Positions 12,024 through 18,782 are shown, counted from the first letter of the stretch. The stretch is 32,000 bases of DNA from Escherichia marmotae (GCF_002900365.1 NZ_CP025979.1:4624236-4656235); one strand, 5' to 3'. Numbers and translations: made by a program. The notes: generated from the sequence alone by a model not told the origin.

Positions 12024-12320
12024 ATGATTTATTTATGGATGTTTCTCGCGCTTTGCATTGTCTGTGTTAGTGGGTATATCGGTCAGGTACTGAATATAGC
12101 ATCTGCCGTTTCTTCTTTTTTTGGCATGGTGATCCTTGCCGCACTCATTTATTACTTCACTATGTGGTTAACTGGCGGTAATGAGCTGGCAACGGGGATA
12201 TTTATGTTTCTTGCCCCGGCTTGTGGCTTGATGATCCGCTTTGGTGGGGTATGGAAGGCGGTAATGAGGGGGAGATATGGTGTCCCCTGCAGACATCTAC
12301 TTGAGGCGGCAGGGGATTGA
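12024..12320 (+). CDS. yfdY: Small inner-membrane protein with a variant 3' end
   Basis: The SD AGGAGG lies 7 nt upstream of the ATG. The first ~73 aa match remembered YfdY (MIYLW..FLAPACGLMIRF). The tail differs because of an apparent 2-nt frame difference near 12243 (see findings). Confidence 0.75.
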   Translation: MIYLWMFLALCIVCVSGYIGQVLNIASAVSSFFGMVILAALIYYFTMWLTGGNELATGIFMFLAPACGLMIRFGGVWKAVMRGRYGVPCRHLLEAAGD

Positions 12321-12349
12321 TTGGAATGGTGTTTTTTAGATGTGAGAAA

Positions 12350-12371
12350 TATTTTACCCGCTATTTTACCC
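12350..12371. repeat. Tandem direct repeat TATTTTACCC x2, candidate recombinase arm-type sites
   Basis: Perfect 10-mers sit at 12350..12359 and 12362..12371 with a 2-nt spacer. They straddle the xis-like stop codon at the prophage/chromosome junction. Confidence 0.4.
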
Positions 12372-12566
12372 ATTGGCGCGGCTTAAGAGCTTATTTTTGA
12401 ATTCACAATGGTCACGATATAACCATCTTGCTCGCCCGTGGATAACTTTGGCTTTTGGCAGGTCGCCGGACTTAATCCGGTCATAGATGAAGGTTTTACC
12501 GAAGCCAGTATCGGCCATGATGAATTTCAAATCAACCAGTGAATCAGGTTGTAGTTCGTGTTGCAT
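12366..12566 (-). CDS. Excisionase / AlpA-like small HTH DNA-binding protein
   Basis: 66 aa (..LKFIMADTGFGKTFIYDRIKSGDLPKAKVIHGRARW..), a pattern typical of the AlpA/Xis winged helix. It is the last gene of the leftward operon, in the xis position. It is not lambda Xis. Confidence 0.7.
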   Translation of the reverse strand: MQHELQPDSLVDLKFIMADTGFGKTFIYDRIKSGDLPKAKVIHGRARWLYRDHCEFKNKLLSRANG

Positions 12567-12610
12567 GAGTGCTATCTCCGAATAGGGAATCGAACTTGCA
12601 AATCAGGCAA

Positions 12611-12634
12611 TAAAAAACCGCCATCAGGCGGCTT
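12611..12634 (-). terminator. Hairpin plus T-run upstream of the xis-like gene, as in lambda
   Basis: The minus strand reads GCCGCC-TGAT-GGCGG followed by TTTTTTA. The same element precedes xis in lambda (from memory). The stop codon of the orf55-like gene lies inside it. Confidence 0.55.
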
Positions 12635-12791
12635 GGTGTTCTTTCAGTTCTTCAATTCGAATATTGGTTACGTCTGCATGTGCTATCTGCGCCCACAGCA
12701 TCCAGTGGTCATAGCAGTCGTTGATGTTCTCTGCTTCGATAACTCTGTTGAATGGCTCTCCATTCCATTCACCTGTGACTCGGAAGTGCAT
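12624..12791 (-). CDS. Lambda orf55-like small protein (DUF1317-type)
   Basis: A 55-aa ORF not in the track: MHFRVTGEWNGEPFNRVIEAENINDCYDHWMLWAQIAHADVTNIRIEELKEHQAA. Its DNA and position right of xis match the remembered lambda sequence. Confidence 0.65.
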   Translation of the reverse strand: MHFRVTGEWNGEPFNRVIEAENINDCYDHWMLWAQIAHADVTNIRIEELKEHQAA

Positions 12792-12863
12792 TTATCATCT
12801 CCATAAAACAAAACTCGCCGTAGCGAGTTCAGATAAAAGAAATCCCCGCGAGTGCGAGGATTG

Positions 12864-13103
12864 TTATTCATTTCCGATATTTACCTTTATCGCGAACACC
12901 TTTACCGGCTTATCGCCGAAGTGCGGATGTGTGATTGTTTTCACTTCATATCCGTTATACGGGACGTCTATTCTGCGACTGGAATCGTCGCGCTTCGGAT
13001 ATCCCTTTGTGATAATCAGACGGTCATACACCCGGAACATAATTCGCTTATTCCAGTAGTCATTACACAGGCGATACTCTTCCGTTTTCTCCCCGCGAAT
13101 CAT
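12864..13103 (-). CDS. ASCH-like (PUA-fold) small protein, possibly N-terminally truncated
   Basis: 79 aa from the first ATG. The pattern (K)GEYFDAMIRGEKTEEYR...ITKGY resembles the start of an ASCH domain, but that motif begins 9 codons upstream of the ATG. It is in frame with the upstream ORF across a single TAA. Confidence 0.5.
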   Translation of the reverse strand: MIRGEKTEEYRLCNDYWNKRIMFRVYDRLIITKGYPKRDDSSRRIDVPYNGYEVKTITHPHFGDKPVKVFAIKVNIGNE

Positions 13104-13139
13104 GGCATCGAAGTATTCACCTTTGACGCAAGTTGCAGG

Positions 13140-13859
13140 TTAGCCACGGTTAACCTCCTGCGGCGGTTTTGCTGCAAAATGCGCAATACCTTTATCCCAG
13201 ATGGATTTTATGGTCGTCCACGTGACTGGTACTTTAATTTCAATTCGTCCGCTCCCGTCACAGGTATCGCAATCATCATCGCCAAAGCATTCCGGGCAGC
13301 TTATAAACGTAGTTTCTGAAAATTCACCGGATAGCACACCCTTAGCGCCGTTCTCAGCGGTTAGTTTCTTCGGCACTATAACCCAACCATCCGGAGTTAC
13401 CGGAGAGTTGCCACCGGGAATATTTTCCGGAATATTTTGTTGTGCGTTTTGTGGTTGTTCGGATTTACCATGAAGCATGGCGGCGCGGCAGGCGTTCCAG
13501 CCAGCTGTTCGCCCAAGCGCGTAAACTTCAGATGGCTCAAGATAATCAATGTCATGCCCGTCCTCATCGTCGTTCTCAGGTAATGCAGCAGGTACTACCG
13601 GTACTGGCGGAGCGGCGTAGACTTCAATAATCCCATTATCAATAGGCCATTCTCCATCCTTGAGATAGTCACTTGTGCCGTCAACTTGCTGTTCAGCAAT
13701 GTGGAATGCACCAACTGGCTCTGCCTCAAGCGAGGCCAGTGCAATTCGTGCCAGTTCCCTAAGATTTTCGCTATATGGTGAAGTATTATCACGATTGATT
13801 ATGTGATTAGCTGTATCTATGAGAACTTGCTTTTGTTTTTCTCTGTTCATAGTGGTCAT
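13140..13859 (-). CDS. Ea-region protein with a C-terminal DnaJ-type zinc-ribbon motif
   Basis: I place the start at ATG 13859, with GGAGAG upstream and 1 nt after the Ea22-like stop. The C-terminus has CPECFGDDDCDTCDGSGR (CxxC...CxxCxGxG). The central YALGRTAGWNACRAAML segment is common in lambdoid ea genes. Confidence 0.7.
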   Translation of the reverse strand: MTTMNREKQKQVLIDTANHIINRDNTSPYSENLRELARIALASLEAEPVGAFHIAEQQVDGTSDYLKDGEWPIDNGIIEVYAAPPVPVVPAALPENDDEDGHDIDYLEPSEVYALGRTAGWNACRAAMLHGKSEQPQNAQQNIPENIPGGNSPVTPDGWVIVPKKLTAENGAKGVLSGEFSETTFISCPECFGDDDCDTCDGSGRIEIKVPVTWTTIKSIWDKGIAHFAAKPPQEVNRG

Positions 13860-13860
13860 C

Positions 13861-14412
13861 TCACTCTCCTTTGATGCGAATGCCAGCGGCGCGGGAATCA
13901 TTCCATCGCTTTACTTCTTCACGAATTACGTCAATGCATTCTTTCGAATCCATTAGGTAATCTTCATCAAAAAGACGTTCCTGTTCGTTTTCTATCGCAA
14001 CAATGATTGCTTCAACTAACTTTTGTGCCTGAGAACCACTTTCTAACTCTGCTATGCGCTTACTTCCATCCGCGATTACTCCCTCGTAATACTCACGCTG
14101 CTCGTTGAGTTTTGATTTTGTCTCCTCAAGCTCAACACGCAGCTTCCCAACCGTAAGAGCAATATCCTCGTTCTCCTGATCGCGGCTTTTGATGTATTGC
14201 AGGTTTCTTTCCCGCTCATCCAGCAGTGCCAGCACGGTTTCTGGTCCGGTCAGAAATTTGAAGGCGTTGAGCGCATCAATATCCACACCGTAATCTTTAA
14301 GTTCCTGTTCACTTAACAAATCATCATCAACTGGCAACATTAACAGGTGTTCCATTGCTGAAGTTGCACGTTCTGTCGCCTCACGCAGTGCCTGGTAATT
14401 AATTTCGCTCAC
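13861..14412 (-). CDS. ea22: Ea22-like protein
   Basis: 183 aa. The N-terminal MSEIN.QALREA, the central ..LLDERERN.QYIK.RDQENEDIALTVGKLRVELE..KSKLNEQREYYEGVI.DGSKRIA.LES and the C-terminal AGIRIKGE match remembered lambda Ea22. The flanking parts differ. Confidence 0.75.
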   Translation of the reverse strand: MSEINYQALREATERATSAMEHLLMLPVDDDLLSEQELKDYGVDIDALNAFKFLTGPETVLALLDERERNLQYIKSRDQENEDIALTVGKLRVELEETKSKLNEQREYYEGVIADGSKRIAELESGSQAQKLVEAIIVAIENEQERLFDEDYLMDSKECIDVIREEVKRWNDSRAAGIRIKGE

Positions 14413-14840
14413 TGGTTGCCTCCTTTGCGAAGCTCAGCGGCGAAGGCTACTGCGTGATCATGATGTTCAAGTGTGTATGCACACTCAGCAAACATCTCCA
14501 CACCCTGCGCCCGCACATCCGCCAGGAAAGCGTCGGTGGCTGGGATTTCAGTAACATCATCTTCCCATTCGCTAAACTCCTCACGACAAAAGTCATTAAA
14601 TTCCTTCTCAGATTGCTTAAGCGAGGCATTTTCAGCAGCCATCTTCGCGCATTTAGCCTCAAGGTTATCAATCGTGATTCCAGCAGAACGACACTCCCGC
14701 AACGCCGTTTCCAGTTTTGATTCAAGTTCACCGAACTTACGGACAAGATATTCAGCGTTTGTTTCGTTAACCTTTAAATCTCGTGGGATGCATTTACCTT
14801 TCAGAAAACCATCCATCTCAATTAGTGACACTTGTTTCAT
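14409..14840 (-). CDS. Hypothetical coiled-coil protein (ea region)
   Basis: I prefer ATG 14840 (MKQVSL..), which forms an ATGA overlap with the upstream 54-aa ORF. Its 3' end overlaps the ea22-like start. Coding is uninterrupted. Confidence 0.6.
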   Translation of the reverse strand: MKQVSLIEMDGFLKGKCIPRDLKVNETNAEYLVRKFGELESKLETALRECRSAGITIDNLEAKCAKMAAENASLKQSEKEFNDFCREEFSEWEDDVTEIPATDAFLADVRAQGVEMFAECAYTLEHHDHAVAFAAELRKGGNQ

Positions 14841-15001
14841 TTCTTCCCACTCCGCCACATCGCATTCAGATATTTGTTTTGATTCACTGATGGAAACGAG
14901 TTTCGCTTAAGTAATTCCTCTCTCGATGGCATTGGCTTTACGCGTTGGCGAATAATCATTTCTGCCGGAAGAATGCCGGGATTGTATGCAAGCCCTCTCA
15001 T
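14837..15001 (-). CDS. Hypothetical basic 54-aa protein
   Basis: Not in the track. ATG 15001 has AGAGGA 8 nt upstream. It translates to [54 protein letters not shown]. Its stop overlaps the next start. Confidence 0.45.
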   Translation of the reverse strand: MRGLAYNPGILPAEMIIRQRVKPMPSREELLKRNSFPSVNQNKYLNAMWRSGKK

Positions 15002-15017
15002 GGTAAATTCCTCTTTG

Positions 15018-15332
15018 TTAATTTATTTGTATGCCTGTTCTCTCTTCATCGAGTTTTTTTAGCTTGTATCGCATAGCTCTCACTGAATAAATTGAGCGGC
15101 AGGTTGCAATTGCTATTTCTTCTGCGGAGAACTTACCGAAAAGTGATACTTCGGCTCTTGTCCATCGTCTTCCACGAAGTCGGCTAACAATGTCAGCGCC
15201 AATCCTTGTTGCTTTCGCCATTACTGCTTTTTCAGTCCTTTCCAGTTTTTCAGCGATAACTTCAACTGGCATTGTCGCCGCTACCTCGCGCAAGAAATCG
15301 ACTTCCCATTTCTCCCATGGAGTCTTTTTCAT
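15018..15332 (-). CDS. Hypothetical protein with two Myb/SANT-like helix-turn-helix repeats
   Basis: 104 aa with an internal duplication: [34 protein letters not shown] versus [36 protein letters not shown]. Confidence 0.6.
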   Translation of the reverse strand: MKKTPWEKWEVDFLREVAATMPVEVIAEKLERTEKAVMAKATRIGADIVSRLRGRRWTRAEVSLFGKFSAEEIAIATCRSIYSVRAMRYKLKKLDEERTGIQIN

Positions 15333-15343
15333 AGTCGATACCG

Positions 15344-15826
15344 TTATTTGATAAGAAGTGAAGGTTTCCCAACTTTGAGTTGAGCGCCGGGGATATTTAT
15401 TCCTGCTTTTAGTTGGTGTTTGATTGCCAGTTTGTCGGCTTTAATTGTCGTTTCAAACTCAACGTATTCAGGAGGAAGGGCGCTTGAGTCGATGATTTCT
15501 ACAGTTTCTGACGGTTTGCGGATTGTTACCTGGTGAATACCTGCTCGAATCTTTTTCTTGCCAACCATTTCAAGCGATGACGCTATATACGCCATAATGC
15601 TATCAATCTTATTTTGAATTACTGCTGCTCGTTCATTCAGTGACTTTGCCTCTTCCTTGAGGCGTTCAGCATAACCAGACTCATTTTTAATAATGGCAAG
15701 AAGTTGCTCTATTTTATCGGTAAATTCTCCTTCCATGCCTTCTATTGTGTCAGCAATCATCTCTGGTTCTAAATCTGAATCCATCAATTTTGCGTATTCA
15801 TTGGCAATTTCATACAGTTTGCTCAC
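15344..15826 (-). CDS. Siphovirus Gp157-family protein (Gam-like, recombination-module associated)
   Basis: The pattern SKLYEI..EY..L......E...DTIEG.EGEF..K...........E..RL.EEAK matches the Sipho_Gp157 family as I remember it. I prefer GTG 15826, with GGAGG 6 nt upstream, over the track's TTG 15832. Confidence 0.75.
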   Translation of the reverse strand: MSKLYEIANEYAKLMDSDLEPEMIADTIEGMEGEFTDKIEQLLAIIKNESGYAERLKEEAKSLNERAAVIQNKIDSIMAYIASSLEMVGKKKIRAGIHQVTIRKPSETVEIIDSSALPPEYVEFETTIKADKLAIKHQLKAGINIPGAQLKVGKPSLLIK

Positions 15827-16712
15827 TGGCAACCTCCAGTTTCGCTTTGCATTCTATGTAAATGGCTTGTACGTTCTGCTGCAATTTCATTCCAGATGTC
15901 AGGCGATATGCTTCTGCAAAATATCGCTTCAAATCATCCATGTTTTCTGCCTGAGCCATTTCATCACAAAGAAGTTGTGCTTTATCCGTTATTTCCTGCT
16001 GGCGTATCCGTTCATCTTCGCGGATATCTTCCTCTGATTTGTGCGGCATAACTGGTTCCTGATGCATACCTTCATCTTCGTTAAGTAGGTGAATGGCATT
16101 ATCCAGTCGCTGGGCTTTAGGCCAGTATTTGCTGGCGCGTTTAACTATTGTTTTACGCGCCATCTCTTCCCAGAATGTCTTCCACGGTCCATTCTTTGCC
16201 TTGCTCGTTGCTTCCACAGCTTTAATTTCTGCCAGACTCATTTCTTCAGTGAGGTAGTCACCATCTGCTGTTTTAACCGTACAATAACCACCAACAATAG
16301 AGCCTCGCTCACCAAATGCGTTGTATTTGTGGGTTGGTGCTGAATCAAGGCCGTTTGATTCATAGGTGTCGTTTGAGTACACCAGTTTGCATTGCCCCCA
16401 CTTAATTGATCCTGTCGACTGTGCAAGGTGAAGTAATCCCATATAGCTGATATCAAGGCAAACCATGCCGTCGCGCGGAACCAGATAAGCCAGTTTGCTG
16501 GCCGGGTTTAAGGTGATGCCGATCGCCGCAACATTGATGATGGCGTTCTGTGCGCTGGTTGGATTTGCCAGTGCTGTTTTAGCCAGGTAATCATTTTTCT
16601 GGAAATACTGAATTGCAAACTGGCTTTCCTTAGCCCATGTCACCGTCTGTTCAGTCAATGCTCCGCAGAATAACTGCTCTTGCTGTTTAACGAATTCAAC
16701 GATATTGCTCAT
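15810..16712 (-). CDS. recT: RecT-family single-strand annealing recombinase
   Basis: 300 aa with the RecT core pattern ..NAIINVAAIGITLNPASKLAYLVPRDG..ISYMGLLHLAQSTGSI... It occupies the bet/erf position of the leftward operon. Confidence 0.85.
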   Translation of the reverse strand: MSNIVEFVKQQEQLFCGALTEQTVTWAKESQFAIQYFQKNDYLAKTALANPTSAQNAIINVAAIGITLNPASKLAYLVPRDGMVCLDISYMGLLHLAQSTGSIKWGQCKLVYSNDTYESNGLDSAPTHKYNAFGERGSIVGGYCTVKTADGDYLTEEMSLAEIKAVEATSKAKNGPWKTFWEEMARKTIVKRASKYWPKAQRLDNAIHLLNEDEGMHQEPVMPHKSEEDIREDERIRQQEITDKAQLLCDEMAQAENMDDLKRYFAEAYRLTSGMKLQQNVQAIYIECKAKLEVASEQTV

Positions 16713-17020
16713 GCTGCTTCTCCAAAAATGTGTCTGCGTTTGAATATTGCGAAGGCATATTCAGCCTTAACTCTTTCGGTTATTGCATCCCAGAACCATT
16801 CAGCGGCTTTTTCCTGATAGTTACAGTCATCATCTTCCAGCCAGTCGATAGCGTCCTTAGTGTGTTCATCTGGTTTATATGAGCGAAGCATTTCGCTTAT
16901 TGGGTCGCAACGTTTGCAGAGGCGATCAACTTCACTGTTGATTCGTTCGTAATCTTCATCAGTAAAACTTGCGATTATTTGCGATATTTCACGCTTATCA
17001 TTCAGAGTCAGAATCATCAT
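16709..17020 (-). CDS. Hypothetical acidic protein in the gam-equivalent position
   Basis: 103 aa with about 24 D/E against 15 K/R by my count. Its stop overlaps the recT start (ATGA-type coupling). I recognise no motif. Confidence 0.6.
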   Translation of the reverse strand: MMILTLNDKREISQIIASFTDEDYERINSEVDRLCKRCDPISEMLRSYKPDEHTKDAIDWLEDDDCNYQEKAAEWFWDAITERVKAEYAFAIFKRRHIFGEAA

Positions 17021-17101
17021 CTTTCTCCTGTTCTTTGTGCTGATTGAGCATTTTGTTCATCTGACGAATGAATTCTTCGTCTGACCAGTTATCTGTAAAA
17101 C

Positions 17102-17272
17102 TCATGGACGGCCTTGTTGTTTCAAAATATCCCAAAGCTTTTCGAGCAAGCTTTTCATTCTTGGTTGTTTAAAGTCTGCTCCGGTTAAAATGTTTTTTCG
17201 TGAATGCTGTACCGATAAAATCGGGTTGAAAGGGCGAACCGATGCCGCCCCTGCAATAGCGAACTGTTGCAT
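17102..17272 (-). CDS. cIII: cIII-like protein (probable FtsH inhibitor)
   Basis: A 56-aa ORF not in the track, with AGGAG 6 nt upstream. MQQFAIAG.. and ..KSLLEKLWDILKQQGRP resemble lambda CIII (MQYAIAG.., ..KRLIDILNQPGVP). The position left of the N region is as in lambda. Confidence 0.6.
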   Translation of the reverse strand: MQQFAIAGAASVRPFNPILSVQHSRKNILTGADFKQPRMKSLLEKLWDILKQQGRP

Positions 17273-17347
17273 AGGATGCTCCTTCTGTTTGATTGCATAA
17301 CGAAAACGCCTCGAGTGAAGCGTTATTGGTATGCGGTAAAGCCGCGC

Positions 17348-17659
17348 TTAGGCGGCTGATGTTTCTTCTTTCAGGCTTTCGAGATATTTACGTGGGTCGT
17401 CGTAACATTGGCATTCGCTGTACCAATCCACCCAGCGATCAGTAAGCCCCATTTCTGATAAATCTTCATCGGTAAGGCTCTCATCCCACATCTCAAGGCC
17501 GTTAGCATTGCAGTAGTCAGGCTTGATGTTGTTGTCATACTGAAAGGCGTCATAATCAGCCAGTGCATCCATCAGGCGAACACCCTCTTCAACACTTGCC
17601 ACTTCTACAATGAACGGCTTCATAGGTACTTGCGGGATATGCCAGACACGTAATTTCAT
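17348..17659 (-). CDS. Hypothetical strongly acidic protein (ea10/ral slot)
   Basis: 103 aa with about 23 D/E against 9 K/R by my count. The SD is GGAGGA. Terminator-like hairpins bracket it. Confidence 0.7.
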   Translation of the reverse strand: MKLRVWHIPQVPMKPFIVEVASVEEGVRLMDALADYDAFQYDNNIKPDYCNANGLEMWDESLTDEDLSEMGLTDRWVDWYSECQCYDDPRKYLESLKEETSAA

Positions 17660-17671
17660 ATTTCCTCCGTC

Positions 17672-17699
17672 AAAAAAATTGCCCTCAATCTGAGGGCAA
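17672..17699 (-). terminator. Intrinsic terminator in the leftward operon (lambda tL2-region equivalent)
   Basis: A perfect 9-bp stem TTGCCCTCA/TGAGGGCAA with a 3-nt loop is followed on the minus strand by TTTTTTT. The flanking DNA matches remembered lambda sequence. Confidence 0.7.
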
Positions 17700-17813
17700 A
17701 GAAGATTTCCAATAATCAGAACAAGTCGGCTCCTGTTTAGTTACGAGCGACATTGCTCCGTGTATTCACTCGTTGGAATGAATACACAGTGCAGTGTTTA
17801 TTCTGTTGTTTAT

Positions 17814-17842
17814 GCCAAAAATAAAGGCCGACTATGCGGCCT
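17814..17842 (-). terminator. Intrinsic terminator after the 121-aa membrane-protein gene
   Basis: A 6-bp stem AGGCCG/CGGCCT with a 6-nt loop starts 5 nt after the stop. It is followed on the minus strand by TTATTTTTGG. Confidence 0.55.
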
Positions 17843-17846
17843 AAAA

Positions 17847-18212
17847 TTACTTAACCAATGATGCTGCATATTCGATAAGGTAAAGCTTTGGAGCTAGCCA
17901 AATTTTCAACCAGTCGAAATAATTGAAGAAAACAACAATAGAAGTAATCGCTATTCCTGATGTGACAAGTAGCGATAAAATAACGACATCCGCATCATCT
18001 CCTTTATTCCATGCAAAAATCATCAGATAAACACATGCTATAATCACCAATACACAGAGAGCCTGAATCCCAGCTGATGATACGGCGTGCCACATCAAAA
18101 GCTGATGTATGACATCAGGAATCTGTACTTGGCTAAATGAAACAGCCGCATCTATTCCATTGCTGGCTTTTTGCAGTAGTTCTACGAGAATCTTGTTTGC
18201 TTGTTCTTCCAT
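17847..18212 (-). CDS. Two-TM membrane protein directly downstream of N
   Basis: 121 aa. A soluble N-terminal ~45 aa is followed by two hydrophobic spans (GIQALCVLVIIACVYLMIFAW and VVILSLLVTSGIAITSIVVFF). The start lies 8 nt after the N stop. It is not lambda SieB or Ral. Confidence 0.75.
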   Translation of the reverse strand: MEEQANKILVELLQKASNGIDAAVSFSQVQIPDVIHQLLMWHAVSSAGIQALCVLVIIACVYLMIFAWNKGDDADVVILSLLVTSGIAITSIVVFFNYFDWLKIWLAPKLYLIEYAASLVK

Positions 18213-18220
18213 ATCTCACC

Positions 18221-18553
18221 TCAATCGTAATAAGCTGGAATTGATTTTCCGCGTTGCTTCTGGCGGCCTGAGCAAGTCACACCCATTTCACTGCGTGGCT
18301 TGCTGTACCATGTGCGCTGATTCTTGCGCTCAATACGTTGCAGGTTGCTTTCAATCTGTTCGTGGTATTCAGCCAGCACTGTAAGGTCTATCGGATTCAG
18401 TGCGCTTTCTACTCGTGATTTCGGTTTGCGATTCAGCGAGAGAATAGGGCGGTTAACTGGTTTTGCGCTTACCCCAACCAACAGGGGATTTGCTGCTTTC
18501 CATTGAGCCTGTTTCTCTGCGCGACGTTCGCGGCGGCGTGTTTGTGCATCCAT
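18221..18553 (-). CDS. N: Antitermination protein N
   Basis: From ATG 18553 the product reads MDAQTRRRERRAEKQAQWKAANPLLVGVSAKPVNRPILSLNRKPKSRVESALNPIDLTVLAEY..QIESNLQRIERKNQRTWYSKP.., which is the lambda N sequence. The last ~25 aa diverge. The track's longer start at 18685 would cover leader sequence. Confidence 0.93.
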   Translation of the reverse strand: MDAQTRRRERRAEKQAQWKAANPLLVGVSAKPVNRPILSLNRKPKSRVESALNPIDLTVLAEYHEQIESNLQRIERKNQRTWYSKPRSEMGVTCSGRQKQRGKSIPAYYD

Positions 18554-18712
18554 CTGGATTCTCCTGTCAGTTAGCTTTGGTTGTGTGTGGGAGTCGTAGT
18601 CCTGAACGAAAACACCCCGCAATGGCACATTGGCAGCTAATCCGGATTCGCACTTCCGGCCAATGCTTCGTTTCGTATCACACACACACCAAAGCCTTCT
18701 GCTTTGAATGCT

Positions 18713-18744
18713 GCCCTTCTTCAGGGCTTAATTTTTAAGAGCAT
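18713..18744 (-). promoter_or_regulatory. nutL (boxA plus boxB)
   Basis: On the minus strand, boxA is TGCTCTTA (18736..18743) and boxB is GCCCTGAAGAAGGGC (18713..18727). The boxB is identical to lambda nutL boxB. Confidence 0.9.
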
Positions 18745-18782
18745 CACCTTCATGGTGGTTAGTGCGTCCTGCTGATGGCTTA

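Noticed and set aside
12152-12373. A minus-strand 73-aa ORF starting 8 nt inside the xis-like 3' end, where an int gene would normally begin.
   Set aside because: It runs antisense through the conserved yfdY coding sequence. Its product has no recombinase features (no R..HxxR..Y) and is low-complexity. It is not an integrase remnant that I can support.
16998-17105. A 35-codon ORF (MSFTDNWSDEEFIRQMNKMLNQHKEQEKDDDSDSE) in an ATGA overlap with the cIII-like stop, in the kil position.
   Set aside because: I do not dismiss it, but it is too short and featureless to annotate. It overlaps the next ORF by 23 nt and does not resemble lambda Kil. It is mentioned under the recombination-module finding.
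17760-17787. A 9-bp inverted repeat GTGTATTCA-N10-TGAATACAC in the spacer between the membrane-protein gene and the acidic ORF.
   Set aside because: The sequence is shared with lambda (from memory) and has no adjacent T-run on the transcribed strand. The evidence is insufficient to call an sRNA or a terminator.
18554-18685. An N-terminal extension of the N ORF (track start at 18685).
   Set aside because: The lambda N sequence begins at MDAQTRRRERR (ATG 18553). The extension would cover untranslated leader sequence between nutL and the N start codon.
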